Positions 41,380 to 50,797 of a stretch of DNA of 64,000 nucleotides are shown piece by piece (the stretch's first letter is position 1; each line of letters begins with the position of its first letter). The translations under genes and the position numbers were made by a program. The notes below the pieces were generated by a model, which saw nothing but the letters and a program-made list of their open reading frames with translations, did no database searches and was not told the DNA's origin. The DNA is from a virus, in IMG/VR virus record IMGVR_UViG_3300024265_000043, positions 1 to 64,000 of that record; one strand, given 5' to 3'.

Positions 41380-41623
41380 TCAAATCTACGAATCCAGCCA
41401 TTGTGTACTCGGTAGATTCCCATTCTTCATCTGTGATGTCTTCGATATCAAATTCATCTTCAATAGTCATCTCTAATTCAACAACATCAAGAGAATCTAA
41501 CCCAATATCATGGATTAAATTTGCTCCCATGACAATTTTGGATTCATCTATGCTAATATCATTGACCCGATCATTTCTCAGCATGATAGTTTTTATCCTG
41601 TCAAATATTTCTTCTTTAGTCAT
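41363..41623 (-). CDS. acpP: Acyl carrier protein
   Basis: DIGLDSLDVVELEMTIEDEFDI with phosphopantetheine-accepting Ser; acidic, 86 aa. Confidence 0.85.
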   Translation of the reverse strand: MTKEEIFDRIKTIMLRNDRVNDISIDESKIVMGANLIHDIGLDSLDVVELEMTIEDEFDIEDITDEEWESTEYTMAGFVDLIAKHD

Positions 41624-41633
41624 AATATTTCCT

Positions 41634-41873
41634 TTATGCTATTCGTTCAACTTTTGCCCCATTGACTCCATCTTCACATGCTGTAGTCACTCGCAAATTT
41701 ATATCTCTGATACTACACCAGCTATCTTTTGCCTTCCTGACGAATGGCACTTTGACGCCTGGCAGGAAATAAGCCTCTCCAACTTCTGCGTTTAACAATA
41801 TCTCAAATTGATATTTCGTCGGTTTTTCGGCTCTTTTAATATCTGTTGCTTTTTTAATTGTTGGTACGGCCAA
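41634..41873 (-). CDS. Hypothetical protein
   Basis: 79 aa, KYQF..AEVGE.YF pattern of small phage proteins. Confidence 0.55.
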   Translation of the reverse strand: MAVPTIKKATDIKRAEKPTKYQFEILLNAEVGEAYFLPGVKVPFVRKAKDSWCSIRDINLRVTTACEDGVNGAKVERIA

Positions 41874-42123
41874 GAGTTCTGCTCCCTATTCTTTCCCCAA
41901 ATCCACTATTAACAAAATTATCTACCTTCTTTTGAAGCCCTTTTGATACTGTCCCAGGTGTTTCCGTCAACCCCATTTCTAAATATTTATCAAATCGAAC
42001 TATTTGACAAGACTTCAATTTTTCAACCGTTGTTTCATTCCCGCATCCTATACATGCTTTGGCGCAGAAACTAACAAACTTATCTTCATATTCCTGTAGC
42101 GTCATATATTGAGTTAATGTCAT
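41854..42123 (-). CDS. Hypothetical protein
   Basis: ATGA overlap with recombinase stop suggests start at 42123. Confidence 0.5.
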   Translation of the reverse strand: MTLTQYMTLQEYEDKFVSFCAKACIGCGNETTVEKLKSCQIVRFDKYLEMGLTETPGTVSKGLQKKVDNFVNSGFGERIGSRTLGRTNN

Positions 42124-43031
42124 ATAGTGAGCCCGCTTAATATGGCTTTCCCAACAGTTCCCTTTATGGAGGGGTGGCAATAAGTCTTTGCAATAACTTC
42201 TGGAGAGACGCCAAACATCATGCTCAATTCTTTCTCGCGAAATATTGGGGTGATACCATCTTCTCCAGTTTGTTCATAAAATTTTGTAATGCAATAATGC
42301 CTGAATGCATGAGGATGAACCCAGCCCAAATCTATTGACTTTGCAATCTCTTTAATGATCCCCCACATGCGATGTGTTGCGACCTTAAATAATGGATCAC
42401 TGCTGCTCACATCAGCATAATCATTGAAAGCCTCCAACAATCTTGGAGTCAAAGGTACCATCCTTTCACCGCCATAGATGGATTTGCCCTCGGTTTTTGT
42501 TGATCTCAATGTCACAATATTGTTTGGCAAATCGAAATCAGATGCTCTGAGCATTGCAATTTCATGGGCCCTGGCACCGAGACATATCATGCACTCCAGT
42601 AAAAATCTATCTCTGCCGGATGAATTCTCTCTGAATAGTTTAACATCATCTTCGGTGAGAATCTTTTTCGACTTAGCTTTGTCAGAAACGGATTTCCTGA
42701 TTGGTATATTAAATGACGGCGCATTCTTAATCGCTTTAATTTCCACGAGATAATCGTAATATTTCCGAAGTGCCGTCTTGACGTGCTGCCGATACCCAGA
42801 AGGATGCCCGCTATTTAATAATGCATCGAAATATGCCCTGATATTGGCTCCCGAAGCGGCGGCAAGGCAACCATATTTTTTAATTCTATCAGCGTTTCCT
42901 TTTGGAATATCTATATTAGATATTGCCCAACGATTAAACATGCGAAGCCTGCTGACATTCTGACGGATAGTTTCTTCAGAAAGCGTAGATTGTGCAATAA
43001 GAAATTCACTAAATCGGTTTTCCCAAGTCAC
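42120..43031 (-). CDS. Tyrosine recombinase (Xer/integrase family)
   Basis: GARAHEI (Arg), TK, HPHAFRH (HxxR), TYCH (Tyr); N-terminal core-binding domain. Confidence 0.85.
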   Translation of the reverse strand: MTWENRFSEFLIAQSTLSEETIRQNVSRLRMFNRWAISNIDIPKGNADRIKKYGCLAAASGANIRAYFDALLNSGHPSGYRQHVKTALRKYYDYLVEIKAIKNAPSFNIPIRKSVSDKAKSKKILTEDDVKLFRENSSGRDRFLLECMICLGARAHEIAMLRASDFDLPNNIVTLRSTKTEGKSIYGGERMVPLTPRLLEAFNDYADVSSSDPLFKVATHRMWGIIKEIAKSIDLGWVHPHAFRHYCITKFYEQTGEDGITPIFREKELSMMFGVSPEVIAKTYCHPSIKGTVGKAILSGLTI

Positions 43032-43186
43032 GATGTTGGCCTCGTTATAAGTTGGTAGTAAGCGCGTTTTATCAATGGATCATTTTCATACTGTTTAAGT
43101 CTTGCAGCAATTCCGTTGCCCGTCCAGTGTCCCTTTGCATAGCAATCATATCCGAAAACTTTTAAAACTTCAATAGGCTTACTCAT
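43028..43186 (-). CDS. Small hypothetical protein (not in ORF track)
   Basis: 52 aa, fills gap, GTGA overlap with recombinase start. Confidence 0.5.
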   Translation of the reverse strand: MSKPIEVLKVFGYDCYAKGHWTGNGIAARLKQYENDPLIKRAYYQLITRPTS

Positions 43187-43206
43187 CGGTTTTCCCTTAT
43201 ACTAAA

Positions 43207-43461
43207 TCAGTTAATTCTGCGGTCTTTGGTGGTGCGCTTCTCTTCATACTTCATCGCATATTTGATTTGTCCAAGCGATGTAATCGGTTTATCATGGTCT
43301 ATAGGTTTGTACAAACCAGTTATAAATCCGTCTGGGCCATCAATTCGCCTCTCCTCACCTGAGCGACCTTCAATGCCTGCAAGCCTCTTCATCCAATGCG
43401 GCCATGCAGCACATTCATCGCTAACTTCACGTAGGCGCTCAATAAGTTTTCGTTTACTCAT
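43207..43461 (-). CDS. Hypothetical protein
   Basis: 84 aa in - operon. Confidence 0.55.
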   Translation of the reverse strand: MSKRKLIERLREVSDECAAWPHWMKRLAGIEGRSGEERRIDGPDGFITGLYKPIDHDKPITSLGQIKYAMKYEEKRTTKDRRIN

Positions 43462-43739
43462 GGGGACTCCTTGGGTTGGGGTTTAAAATATCCCAGATAC
43501 GAAATTTGTTTCAACGATAGAAAGCCATTACATAACGAATGTTTTGGGATTGTATCTTCATTATGGTGCCACATAGATTTGCCGAGAAATCGCCAACTTA
43601 TCGCCAGCCGTCTTGATGGGAACCCCGTCGTAGATCGCAACGAAAACAACACAACACCCCCACGGCTTTTGTATTCCATTTCATAGAAATACCAATATCG
43701 ATAGCCCATATAAATCAATATCGCTCTTATCCATTTCAT
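43458..43739 (-). CDS. Hypothetical protein
   Basis: 93 aa, ATGA overlaps. Confidence 0.55.
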   Translation of the reverse strand: MKWIRAILIYMGYRYWYFYEMEYKSRGGVVLFSLRSTTGFPSRRLAISWRFLGKSMWHHNEDTIPKHSLCNGFLSLKQISYLGYFKPQPKESP

Positions 43740-44116
43740 CCCCTACCCTCCTTGTAAGCCAGGTAAAACGCCATGAGGAGGTCGGTGAGTTCAGAAAAAG
43801 CATAATGAGGTGGTAATAGTTTACCATATCGCTTGGGATATTGTTTACTCAAAATCTCCATTAAGGCTTTATAAAAGTAGAATTCATTCCTCACAAATTT
43901 CCTATCCTTCGTTTCCTCAAGTAATTCGCGGATCCTGGCGCGGGTTATTGTAGGATGAAAATGTCTTGGCTCCCCTTTTTCATTATTCCACTTAAAGGTT
44001 GGCCCGGCTTGATGTTGTTTATATGGTTCTTCCAATACTGTCCATCCGTTTTTATTGCGCCATGCCTCAAGCACAAACTCTCTGGCCTGGATCAATCCAT
44101 CTTTAGATGTTTCCAT
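43736..44116 (-). CDS. Hypothetical protein
   Basis: 126 aa, coupled overlaps. Confidence 0.55.
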   Translation of the reverse strand: METSKDGLIQAREFVLEAWRNKNGWTVLEEPYKQHQAGPTFKWNNEKGEPRHFHPTITRARIRELLEETKDRKFVRNEFYFYKALMEILSKQYPKRYGKLLPPHYAFSELTDLLMAFYLAYKEGRG

Positions 44117-44571
44117 GATTCCCTCTTTTTAATTTTAAGAACATTGCCGTTTGAAATATTATGAGATAGAGCAATAAGCCCCGTGCGCCTTTTGTCATTC
44201 AATATTTCTATAACTTCATTTGCAGATAATTTTGATTGTGGTGAGCCCTCTCCAACGGCCATTCTGCCTTTACTGAGCGCATCGCGTATGTTATCCTTCT
44301 GCGTTCCTAAAAATAGATGTTCTGGATTGATACATGATCTAACGTCACATTTATGGCAAACAAGCAGCCCGCTAGGAATAGGGCCGTTATGTCTTTCCCA
44401 TGAGAGTCTATGCGCCCTATAATATTTCTTTTTGAATGTTATTTCCCCATATCCGTCAGCCTTAATATGTCCGCCCCATAGCCAGCATCCGGTGTTTGGT
44501 TCGGGATATGTGTAATAATCAAGTTTATCATTAAGGCTCATGCCTCTAGTGGCGCGCCTATCCAAATCCAT
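44092..44571 (-). CDS. HNH homing endonuclease
   Basis: GCWLW, AHRLSW, VCHKCD..CINPEHLFLGT..DN, C-terminal HTH-like SKL. Confidence 0.9.
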   Translation of the reverse strand: MDLDRRATRGMSLNDKLDYYTYPEPNTGCWLWGGHIKADGYGEITFKKKYYRAHRLSWERHNGPIPSGLLVCHKCDVRSCINPEHLFLGTQKDNIRDALSKGRMAVGEGSPQSKLSANEVIEILNDKRRTGLIALSHNISNGNVLKIKKRESWKHLKMD

Positions 44572-44574
44572 CTT

Positions 44575-44943
44575 TTATTCCTTTATTTTAGTGAGTGATT
44601 CAGCGATAGCAATGATGAGGTCAGAACGGTCAGAGGTATATGTTTTGCTATTGATAAATGCTGGATTTCCAACCATAATATTTACACGATACAACCTGCT
44701 CCCATTAACTGTTAATGGTCGTTTTATCTCCCAATACCTCCCCAGAGTGTTGTCTTGCCACCACTCCAGCAATCCCATGATGATGTTGAGGTCGAGAAAA
44801 TTGACCATCGTTAAAAATGCGTCTTCTGGTTTTGCAAAGCGCATACAACCTTCAATAATATTATACGAGTCAACCCCCTCCTTCTCCGCATACATCTCAG
44901 CTAGGGTATTTAATTGCTCGGTAGTCAATTCTGGCTTATCCAT
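44575..44943 (-). CDS. Hypothetical protein (phage ABA-sandwich-like?)
   Basis: DLN....LLE ... IAIAESL pattern. Confidence 0.5.
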   Translation of the reverse strand: MDKPELTTEQLNTLAEMYAEKEGVDSYNIIEGCMRFAKPEDAFLTMVNFLDLNIIMGLLEWWQDNTLGRYWEIKRPLTVNGSRLYRVNIMVGNPAFINSKTYTSDRSDLIIAIAESLTKIKE

Positions 44944-45037
44944 CTTGCCAGTCTCCCCATGTTTTATTATACGCCCACCCGATTAAAGAAATGCCTATGA
45001 TTATAAAAATGATGATTCCTGCTAGAATCCACTTCAT
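44936..45037 (-). CDS. 33-aa single-TM peptide (not in ORF track)
   Basis: MKWILAGIIIFIIIGISLIGWAY...; ATGA overlap with upstream gene. Confidence 0.5.
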   Translation of the reverse strand: MKWILAGIIIFIIIGISLIGWAYNKTWGDWQDG

Positions 45038-45357
45038 GATTTTTCCTTAAGAGCTATTCGTATAAGTTCTCCCAGCGATAACATTGCCCCTTCAAGATTT
45101 GGATGCTTTGGGTTAGCAATAATGCTCATTTTTAGTAATGATCCCTTGAGTCGCTCATTCTCAGCAGTTATGGCAACAATCTCATCACCCAATAAGTTCA
45201 CAGAACAATTCGCCATAGCAGATGAAATTTGCTCACTAAACAAGTCTTCAATGCACGACAGCGCCTCTTTTTGCGTTATGCGCAAGGAACTATAATTCAT
45301 AAGTATGTTCTTCAAAACTAACGGTCTATTCATCTTTAAACCCTCTCGCCCTTGCAT
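45034..45357 (-). CDS. Hypothetical protein
   Basis: ~100 aa, AENERLK coiled coil. Confidence 0.5.
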   Translation of the reverse strand: MQGREGLKMNRPLVLKNILMNYSSLRITQKEALSCIEDLFSEQISSAMANCSVNLLGDEIVAITAENERLKGSLLKMSIIANPKHPNLEGAMLSLGELIRIALKEKS

Positions 45358-45691
45358 GGGCTAATATGCGGCGATCGAGGGAGGCGTTGTGGAATGCTTG
45401 TGGATCAGTGTACCTAGTCCCGTCAATAATTTCCTCTAAAGCATATGCGTAAGAACTATGATTGCTCTTCTTCCAATCTTCAATTTCGATAGATGATATG
45501 CATTCATAGGAGTATACACTATCCAAATTATGGCAACAATTCCCCTTCGGAGTATGCCAGTGAGGTGTGAATAATTCCTGTACGCCCTTCTCTCCAGTCT
45601 CTATTTCTTCCACAGAAAGGGAACAATCTGTTACAATCTCGGCATATGTCCAGCCTAAATTCTTCAATAGCCATTTGAATACTTCCATCAC
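45326..45691 (-). CDS. Hypothetical protein
   Basis: 121 aa in - operon. Confidence 0.55.
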   Translation of the reverse strand: MMEVFKWLLKNLGWTYAEIVTDCSLSVEEIETGEKGVQELFTPHWHTPKGNCCHNLDSVYSYECISSIEIEDWKKSNHSSYAYALEEIIDGTRYTDPQAFHNASLDRRILAHARARGFKDE

Positions 45692-45867
45692 ATTCCCTCA
45701 TGTAGATACTGATGCACTGCATCAATGATTATCAAAGAGGCCCAAAACCCAAGCCCATAGACAATGCCGTAGACTATGCTGCCGATGAGCCCATGGAAGA
45801 ACATCTCCCATCTTTCATCTGCTGTGGTATTCTTGATGCGTTGCCGCCATTTTGCGAGATTATTCAT
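45688..45867 (-). CDS. Small membrane protein (not in ORF track)
   Basis: 59 aa MNNLAKW...GLIGSIVYGIVYGLGFWASLIII; GGAGG SD; overlaps both neighbours. Confidence 0.55.
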   Translation of the reverse strand: MNNLAKWRQRIKNTTADERWEMFFHGLIGSIVYGIVYGLGFWASLIIIDAVHQYLHEGM

Positions 45868-46097
45868 TCTTCCTCCGCCTTGTATCCCGTTACTACAACT
45901 CCAAATATTCGTTCTATATCAGAGCATACGCTATCCGCATAAGAATCTCGGGCTTTACGATTAAGAAAATTGCTAATGTCAGACGGATCTCTTTCTAGCA
46001 TTGTAGCCAGTCTTCTTTGGGTTGTTATCCCTCTTCCTCGAAAATGTTCAAGTAGATCATCAAGAGGAATATTTATCGTATTTACAATATTTACCAT
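45864..46097 (-). CDS. XRE/Cro-like HTH regulator
   Basis: GITTQRRLATMLERDPSDISNFLN. Confidence 0.7.
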   Translation of the reverse strand: MVNIVNTINIPLDDLLEHFRGRGITTQRRLATMLERDPSDISNFLNRKARDSYADSVCSDIERIFGVVVTGYKAEEE

Positions 46098-46142
46098 TGG
46101 TTTGTCTTCATTATTTCCATTTGTTCGTGTTCTGGGGTTCCA

Positions 46143-46171
46143 AACCTACATCCCGCTAATCACAATGTCAA
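46143..46171 (-). promoter_or_regulatory. Sigma70-like promoter upstream of XRE gene
   Basis: TTGACA (46171-46166), 17 nt, TAGGTT (46148-46143). Confidence 0.5.
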
Positions 46172-46174
46172 ATC

Positions 46175-48100
46175 CTATTTAGTAATTCTTTCTATTAATT
46201 CATCTACAGTGTTGAAATCGTCCCCTTCGCTAATAATTCCATCGGTGGCGGCATTCACTACCTTCCGCTTCGCTTCGATGATATCTTGAATCTCCAAATC
46301 AATAGTCTCTTCTCCGATAAGGTAATATGCTGTGACGGCATTCTCCTGACCAATCCTTAGCGCCCTATCTTCGGCCTGATCGTGCTCTGCTGGTGTCCAT
46401 CCAAGTTCCAAGAATACTAGATTGGAAGCCGCTGTTAAAGTGATGCCAACGCTACCTGCTTTAAGTGAGCATATAATAATTTTGCAGTCAGAATTTTGAA
46501 ATCTATCTACATTAGATGCCCTAGTTGCAGCGTCATCTTCTCCCATGATTCTAGCAGCGTCTGGGTACTTTCCCAAGAGGGCTTTCTGGATTTCGATATG
46601 ATTGGCAAAGACGATCAATTTTTCATCAGTTTCAAGAAAGTTATCAATCCATTCGATTGCTGGATCCATTTTGCCCTTAGCGGATAATCCCTTCAGATGC
46701 TCAATTCTCGTGAGTTGGAGAGCCTTTTCGGCCTTGACTGCCTTTGATGCTCTATGAGTTTTAATAGCAACATCCTTCGCTTCTTGATTCATGTGCTGGA
46801 TAGTATCTAGAAAATTTTGCTCTACCTTGGCATTGTCCTTCAGCCATAGGATCAGATCTTTCTCAGCCGCTTTATATTGGGTTAAATTGGTGATCTGGAT
46901 GGGTATATCAACGCGTTGCTTAGTAGGAAGGTCTGGAAGCACCTCGGCCTTAGTTCTCCGGATAAAACATGTGGCACGTAGTCTCTCATGCAATTCGGCC
47001 AAGTTTGATGATCCAGTTATATCATTCCCGAAGAATCCTTTCTTTCTATCGCAATATCTGCCAGTGAAATCATACCATCCGCCGAAATCTTCAAGCCTTC
47101 CAAGAATTTGAAGCTGAGAGATCAATTCAGATGGTCGGTTCATAATCGGCGTACCTGTGAGGGCAAATCTATATTGAATCTTTTTTGATAATTGAATCAA
47201 TCCCCTTGTGCGTTGGCTTTTACCTGATTTCGCCATTTGAGATTCATCAATAATGAGAGTCTTGGGGAATATGTCCAGCAATCGCTCAATGATGCCGTTG
47301 CTACTGGAGCCGAGCCCCTTCTTTTTGCAATGCTCTTTTACATAAGCTTTGTCATCCGTTTTCCAAGGCTTTGTGGGTTCCTTGATGATAGCGCCAACAT
47401 TTAATTCTTTCCCGTCCATATTCATTGGGTGAATGACTTCCCAAGTGTTGGGTTGCGGCTTGAGAATATCATAATTGAGGATCACGACATCATAAGAGCC
47501 AGGTAAATTGTGTACATCAGGAGCCATATGCATCCTGCCATTGATGATATACGCATGGTAGAATTGCTTTTTCTCCGCTACGGATACTCTCTTGCCCTCT
47601 AGCCATTCTAAGGTCTCTTGGGCCCACTTGTGCTTCATTGACGCAGGCGTTATGACAACGGCTGGATAAGCGCCAAGGTCTTGAATGGTGGCGAGGGCTT
47701 GTATGGTCTTGCCTACCCCCATATCATCGGCCATGAAGGTTCTCTCAGCCTTTATGGCGTATTCAACTCCCGCCTTCTGGAATGGATAGAGAGTTTTGCC
47801 CAATCCATCAACTTCGTATTCAGATGTAATTGCGCGGGACATATTGAGAAGGCTATTTTTATCTTTCCCGATATTGAGTAGCGCATGTTCGGCCTCTGGG
47901 GTGATCGTGAAGCCATGTTTGGCTACGATATCGAATATTGGATTGACATTTTCCTGATTAATGGGAGCCGTCCACCATTTATTATCGCCGTCGTAAGTTC
48001 TAGCGGGGAGAGTCTTCACATCATCTACGACTGTTCTATTGAAGTCAAACAAGATGTATAGGCGTTGATTCTTGAGGAATATTTGACGGCCTTTATTCAA
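46175..48100 (-). CDS. SNF2-family helicase with HARP-like N-terminus (SMARCAL1-like annealing helicase?)
   Basis: LYPFQ, ADDMGVGKT, IDESQ, LTGTPI.NRP, GITLTAA, QAEDRALRIGQ; N-terminal VKTLP.RTYD...WW; TTG start after AGGAG (track start 48142). Confidence 0.88.
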   Translation of the reverse strand: MNKGRQIFLKNQRLYILFDFNRTVVDDVKTLPARTYDGDNKWWTAPINQENVNPIFDIVAKHGFTITPEAEHALLNIGKDKNSLLNMSRAITSEYEVDGLGKTLYPFQKAGVEYAIKAERTFMADDMGVGKTIQALATIQDLGAYPAVVITPASMKHKWAQETLEWLEGKRVSVAEKKQFYHAYIINGRMHMAPDVHNLPGSYDVVILNYDILKPQPNTWEVIHPMNMDGKELNVGAIIKEPTKPWKTDDKAYVKEHCKKKGLGSSSNGIIERLLDIFPKTLIIDESQMAKSGKSQRTRGLIQLSKKIQYRFALTGTPIMNRPSELISQLQILGRLEDFGGWYDFTGRYCDRKKGFFGNDITGSSNLAELHERLRATCFIRRTKAEVLPDLPTKQRVDIPIQITNLTQYKAAEKDLILWLKDNAKVEQNFLDTIQHMNQEAKDVAIKTHRASKAVKAEKALQLTRIEHLKGLSAKGKMDPAIEWIDNFLETDEKLIVFANHIEIQKALLGKYPDAARIMGEDDAATRASNVDRFQNSDCKIIICSLKAGSVGITLTAASNLVFLELGWTPAEHDQAEDRALRIGQENAVTAYYLIGEETIDLEIQDIIEAKRKVVNAATDGIISEGDDFNTVDELIERITK

Positions 48101-48269
48101 TTGAGGTCTCCTTGTTCCGGTGTAATTTATCAGGCCAGCCACTATTGCTCTGGTGTCCTTCGGGTCTGCATCCAGTACATGATTCTTGTTCGTCTTGATC
48201 CTCAGTCCAATAATAATCTGTGGCAGTATTAGCTATAGTCAAACATGTCGGACAAATGAATATTGACAT
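48093..48269 (-). CDS. Small Zn-finger protein (not in ORF track)
   Basis: 58 aa, CPTC...CTGC. Confidence 0.5.
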   Translation of the reverse strand: MSIFICPTCLTIANTATDYYWTEDQDEQESCTGCRPEGHQSNSGWPDKLHRNKETSIE

Positions 48270-48271
48270 AA

Positions 48272-48973
48272 CTATTCTTCCATATCTATGAACACTAAAT
48301 CTTCAATATATTCTCGTGCTTGAGTAAAAATAGGAATCTCATAATCGGTTGACAAATCCTTCGACGATACGCAGAAACCACGCTTTTCTTTCGTTTGAAG
48401 GTCATTCCAATTCACGCCATGCTCTTCAAATAGCATATCTTGAATTTGATCGTTTTTCAGTCCTTGCATTTTTTTATGGCTGATTAAAGATTGCCCCAAA
48501 GACTGGATGCTGTTCCTGGTGGCATCCTGTTGTCTCCAAATGAAATAGTTTGCAACTTCTTCTTTTGGCAGGATAAAAGCCCTTGAGTCAAACGTTACTA
48601 ATCCTGGGATCGAAAATCCTGTTGATTGTGCGGCGGCATTGAATTGATACGTAGATATGCCAGCACTCACGCTCACGATTTTTTGCAGGGAATTATCAAA
48701 CCAAGAAGAAGTATCTCGTTTCTTGTAATTTATCATCAGAATAGAAATCTCATCGCTCTGCACATAGGCTAGAACGGCATTCTGCATTTCAGATACTAGC
48801 CTTCGAGCCGTTTGCGCCATTAATTCCATCATCCTTGGGTCAAAAGGCTTTTCCATGCCTCTAGTGACTGTATGAAATGCCTTGCCGTCTATGCGAACTA
48901 TTACTGGAGATCGCTCAGGCATCTTTATGGAAAATGCCTTCTCATATTTTTTCATTCTATCGCTTAAATTCAT
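48272..48973 (-). CDS. tRNA(His) guanylyltransferase Thg1-like protein (3'-5' polymerase)
   Basis: VRIDGKAFH, YVQSDEIS, FDSRAF, YFIWRQQDATRNS. Confidence 0.92.
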   Translation of the reverse strand: MNLSDRMKKYEKAFSIKMPERSPVIVRIDGKAFHTVTRGMEKPFDPRMMELMAQTARRLVSEMQNAVLAYVQSDEISILMINYKKRDTSSWFDNSLQKIVSVSAGISTYQFNAAAQSTGFSIPGLVTFDSRAFILPKEEVANYFIWRQQDATRNSIQSLGQSLISHKKMQGLKNDQIQDMLFEEHGVNWNDLQTKEKRGFCVSSKDLSTDYEIPIFTQAREYIEDLVFIDMEE

Positions 48974-49927
48974 TTAATCCTCCACTGATTTAGCGATTTT
49001 ATCCAAAACTTTTCTCTCTTTTTCCTGGCTTTTTACTGCCGCTTTATAAATATCTATATCACAATACTCCAGTATGCTATCTTTTGTGACTTGCGCCAAC
49101 ACTTCTGGCTCTAAGGCGTCAAGCTCCCATGAGTTTCTTCCATACTCAGCGATGTAACCTTTGCCGCGAGAATCTGATAATTTTGCGGGGTCTGGCGGTG
49201 GATTGTACTCCTGAATCTGGTGCATATTGAGTGCAACTCGATACACAAGTGGGAATGCCGATTGGCAGAATGTATTCAATCTATCTTGAATATCTCTGGT
49301 CATATCAATACCGGAAGGGTCGTGATCTCCCATGTGAATGATAACTACTTTCTGCCCGTCCACCCGAGTATGATTATCGAATCTTAATGATGCCTTCCAC
49401 ATCTCTGATTGAGACATGTACCCGCGACACGATAGATATGGGATATCAAGCGATTCGCAAACAGGCCCTATTATTCCAGTGAGAGCATCTTTCTCTACCC
49501 AAACTTCAATTCTCGTACCTTGATCAGCCCATAGATCATGGTGGAATGCTTTAACGCAATCCTCAAGAATTTCTTTGGGCGAATCCCAATGGGACAATAT
49601 TTTCTGCCCTCTTGTTCGATCTTCTATGTGATCCCAATCCAAATTCCCTGCCATACGAGCATCGTTTACAATGGATCCCAGCCATTTATAATTTGGGTCG
49701 GCATTTCTCGTGCCATTAATATCCCTGACCCATTTCTTTGTGTGCTCAACATAGCGCCATCGTCGGTCATCAGGAAACATCCCGCGAGCGACAAATTGAT
49801 AATACAATTGCCTTAACGTTAAAGTATAGCCCTGTTCGGCATAATCATCTAATATCATATTGGCTAGTGAAATTATGTACCACGATGCATCACCAAAGTT
49901 TTTTGTGATATATGGGATTTTGGGCAT
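48974..49927 (-). CDS. Topoisomerase VI subunit A / TOPRIM-like protein
   Basis: LTLRQLYY, EVWVEKDAL, GDHDPSG, WELDAL. Confidence 0.8.
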   Translation of the reverse strand: MPKIPYITKNFGDASWYIISLANMILDDYAEQGYTLTLRQLYYQFVARGMFPDDRRWRYVEHTKKWVRDINGTRNADPNYKWLGSIVNDARMAGNLDWDHIEDRTRGQKILSHWDSPKEILEDCVKAFHHDLWADQGTRIEVWVEKDALTGIIGPVCESLDIPYLSCRGYMSQSEMWKASLRFDNHTRVDGQKVVIIHMGDHDPSGIDMTRDIQDRLNTFCQSAFPLVYRVALNMHQIQEYNPPPDPAKLSDSRGKGYIAEYGRNSWELDALEPEVLAQVTKDSILEYCDIDIYKAAVKSQEKERKVLDKIAKSVED

Positions 49928-50130
49928 TATTTCTTCTCCCGCTTCTTATCATATTCAATCTGAGCAATGACCCGACGACGATCTCTTGCGTTGAGTTTGC
50001 TTTTCTTCTTCATAATCAAGTCATATTCCTTTTTAAGGTCAATGCCAGCGAGAGGATCTTTTATGTTTCCGACTCCAACGGTTCGGCTGTATTGCTTGTC
50101 CATATCTCGTATTTTTTGTGGTCTACTCAT
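49927..50130 (-). CDS. Basic hypothetical protein
   Basis: 67 aa. Confidence 0.55.
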   Translation of the reverse strand: MSRPQKIRDMDKQYSRTVGVGNIKDPLAGIDLKKEYDLIMKKKSKLNARDRRRVIAQIEYDKKREKK

Positions 50131-50134
50131 GATT

Positions 50135-50371
50135 TTACCTCAAAACTATTTTGTTAATGATTAATCCTTGAAGATCAAGCGATTCTATTTCCGTAGCTGC
50201 TTCTTCATAGGGCCCATCAAGATCGTCAAGCAACGGGTGGTCTTCACCAGAATGTATTACTGCGCTCACGTATTCAGGCTCTATGAATTTCGCTTTAATC
50301 ACTGAGCCACGCCCTGGATCCGATAACCTTACGGCATAATGGCCGTCTGGTGCTTCCCACAGTTGGATCAT
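50135..50371 (-). CDS. Hypothetical protein
   Basis: 78 aa. Confidence 0.55.
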   Translation of the reverse strand: MIQLWEAPDGHYAVRLSDPGRGSVIKAKFIEPEYVSAVIHSGEDHPLLDDLDGPYEEAATEIESLDLQGLIINKIVLR

Positions 50372-50664
50372 CCGTTCAATTCCTTGACGATAACATTGAT
50401 TAGAGATTCTTCATCCTTGATGGCGCATTTAATCTTTGGTAATCCCTCTAGAGTTATCTCTATCTGAACACTCTTACCGCCAATGAATACGACATATTTC
50501 TTTATGTAGAATTTGTCGTTTACTCCCTTGAAGATAGTTTTCGCCGCCAGTTCAATAGTTGTAAAAACTTGGCAGTGATAATTATCCTTGTTGAAGACTT
50601 GAAGGATACATTGAGAATCAGGGCTTTTCATAATGCCTCCAAACGATTTTTCTATGCGCCCCAT
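50368..50664 (-). CDS. Hypothetical protein
   Basis: Start possibly at MKSPD with GGAGG SD. Confidence 0.5.
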   Translation of the reverse strand: MGRIEKSFGGIMKSPDSQCILQVFNKDNYHCQVFTTIELAAKTIFKGVNDKFYIKKYVVFIGGKSVQIEITLEGLPKIKCAIKDEESLINVIVKELNG

Positions 50665-50797
50665 ATGCTATTTGAAACATGACGACTAAGCAAAACAGCG
50701 AAATCGCGATGTTTTCTTGATTCCAAGCAAAGGAAAATATTATCAACTTGTAGATAAGTATGCCTATGAACATGCATGAGATTGTGTAGAGTTTCAT
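50618..50797 (-). CDS. Small 2-TM membrane protein (not in ORF track)
   Basis: 59 aa hydrophobic, GGAG SD. Confidence 0.5.
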   Translation of the reverse strand: MKLYTISCMFIGILIYKLIIFSFAWNQENIAISLFCLVVMFQIAYGAHRKIVWRHYEKP

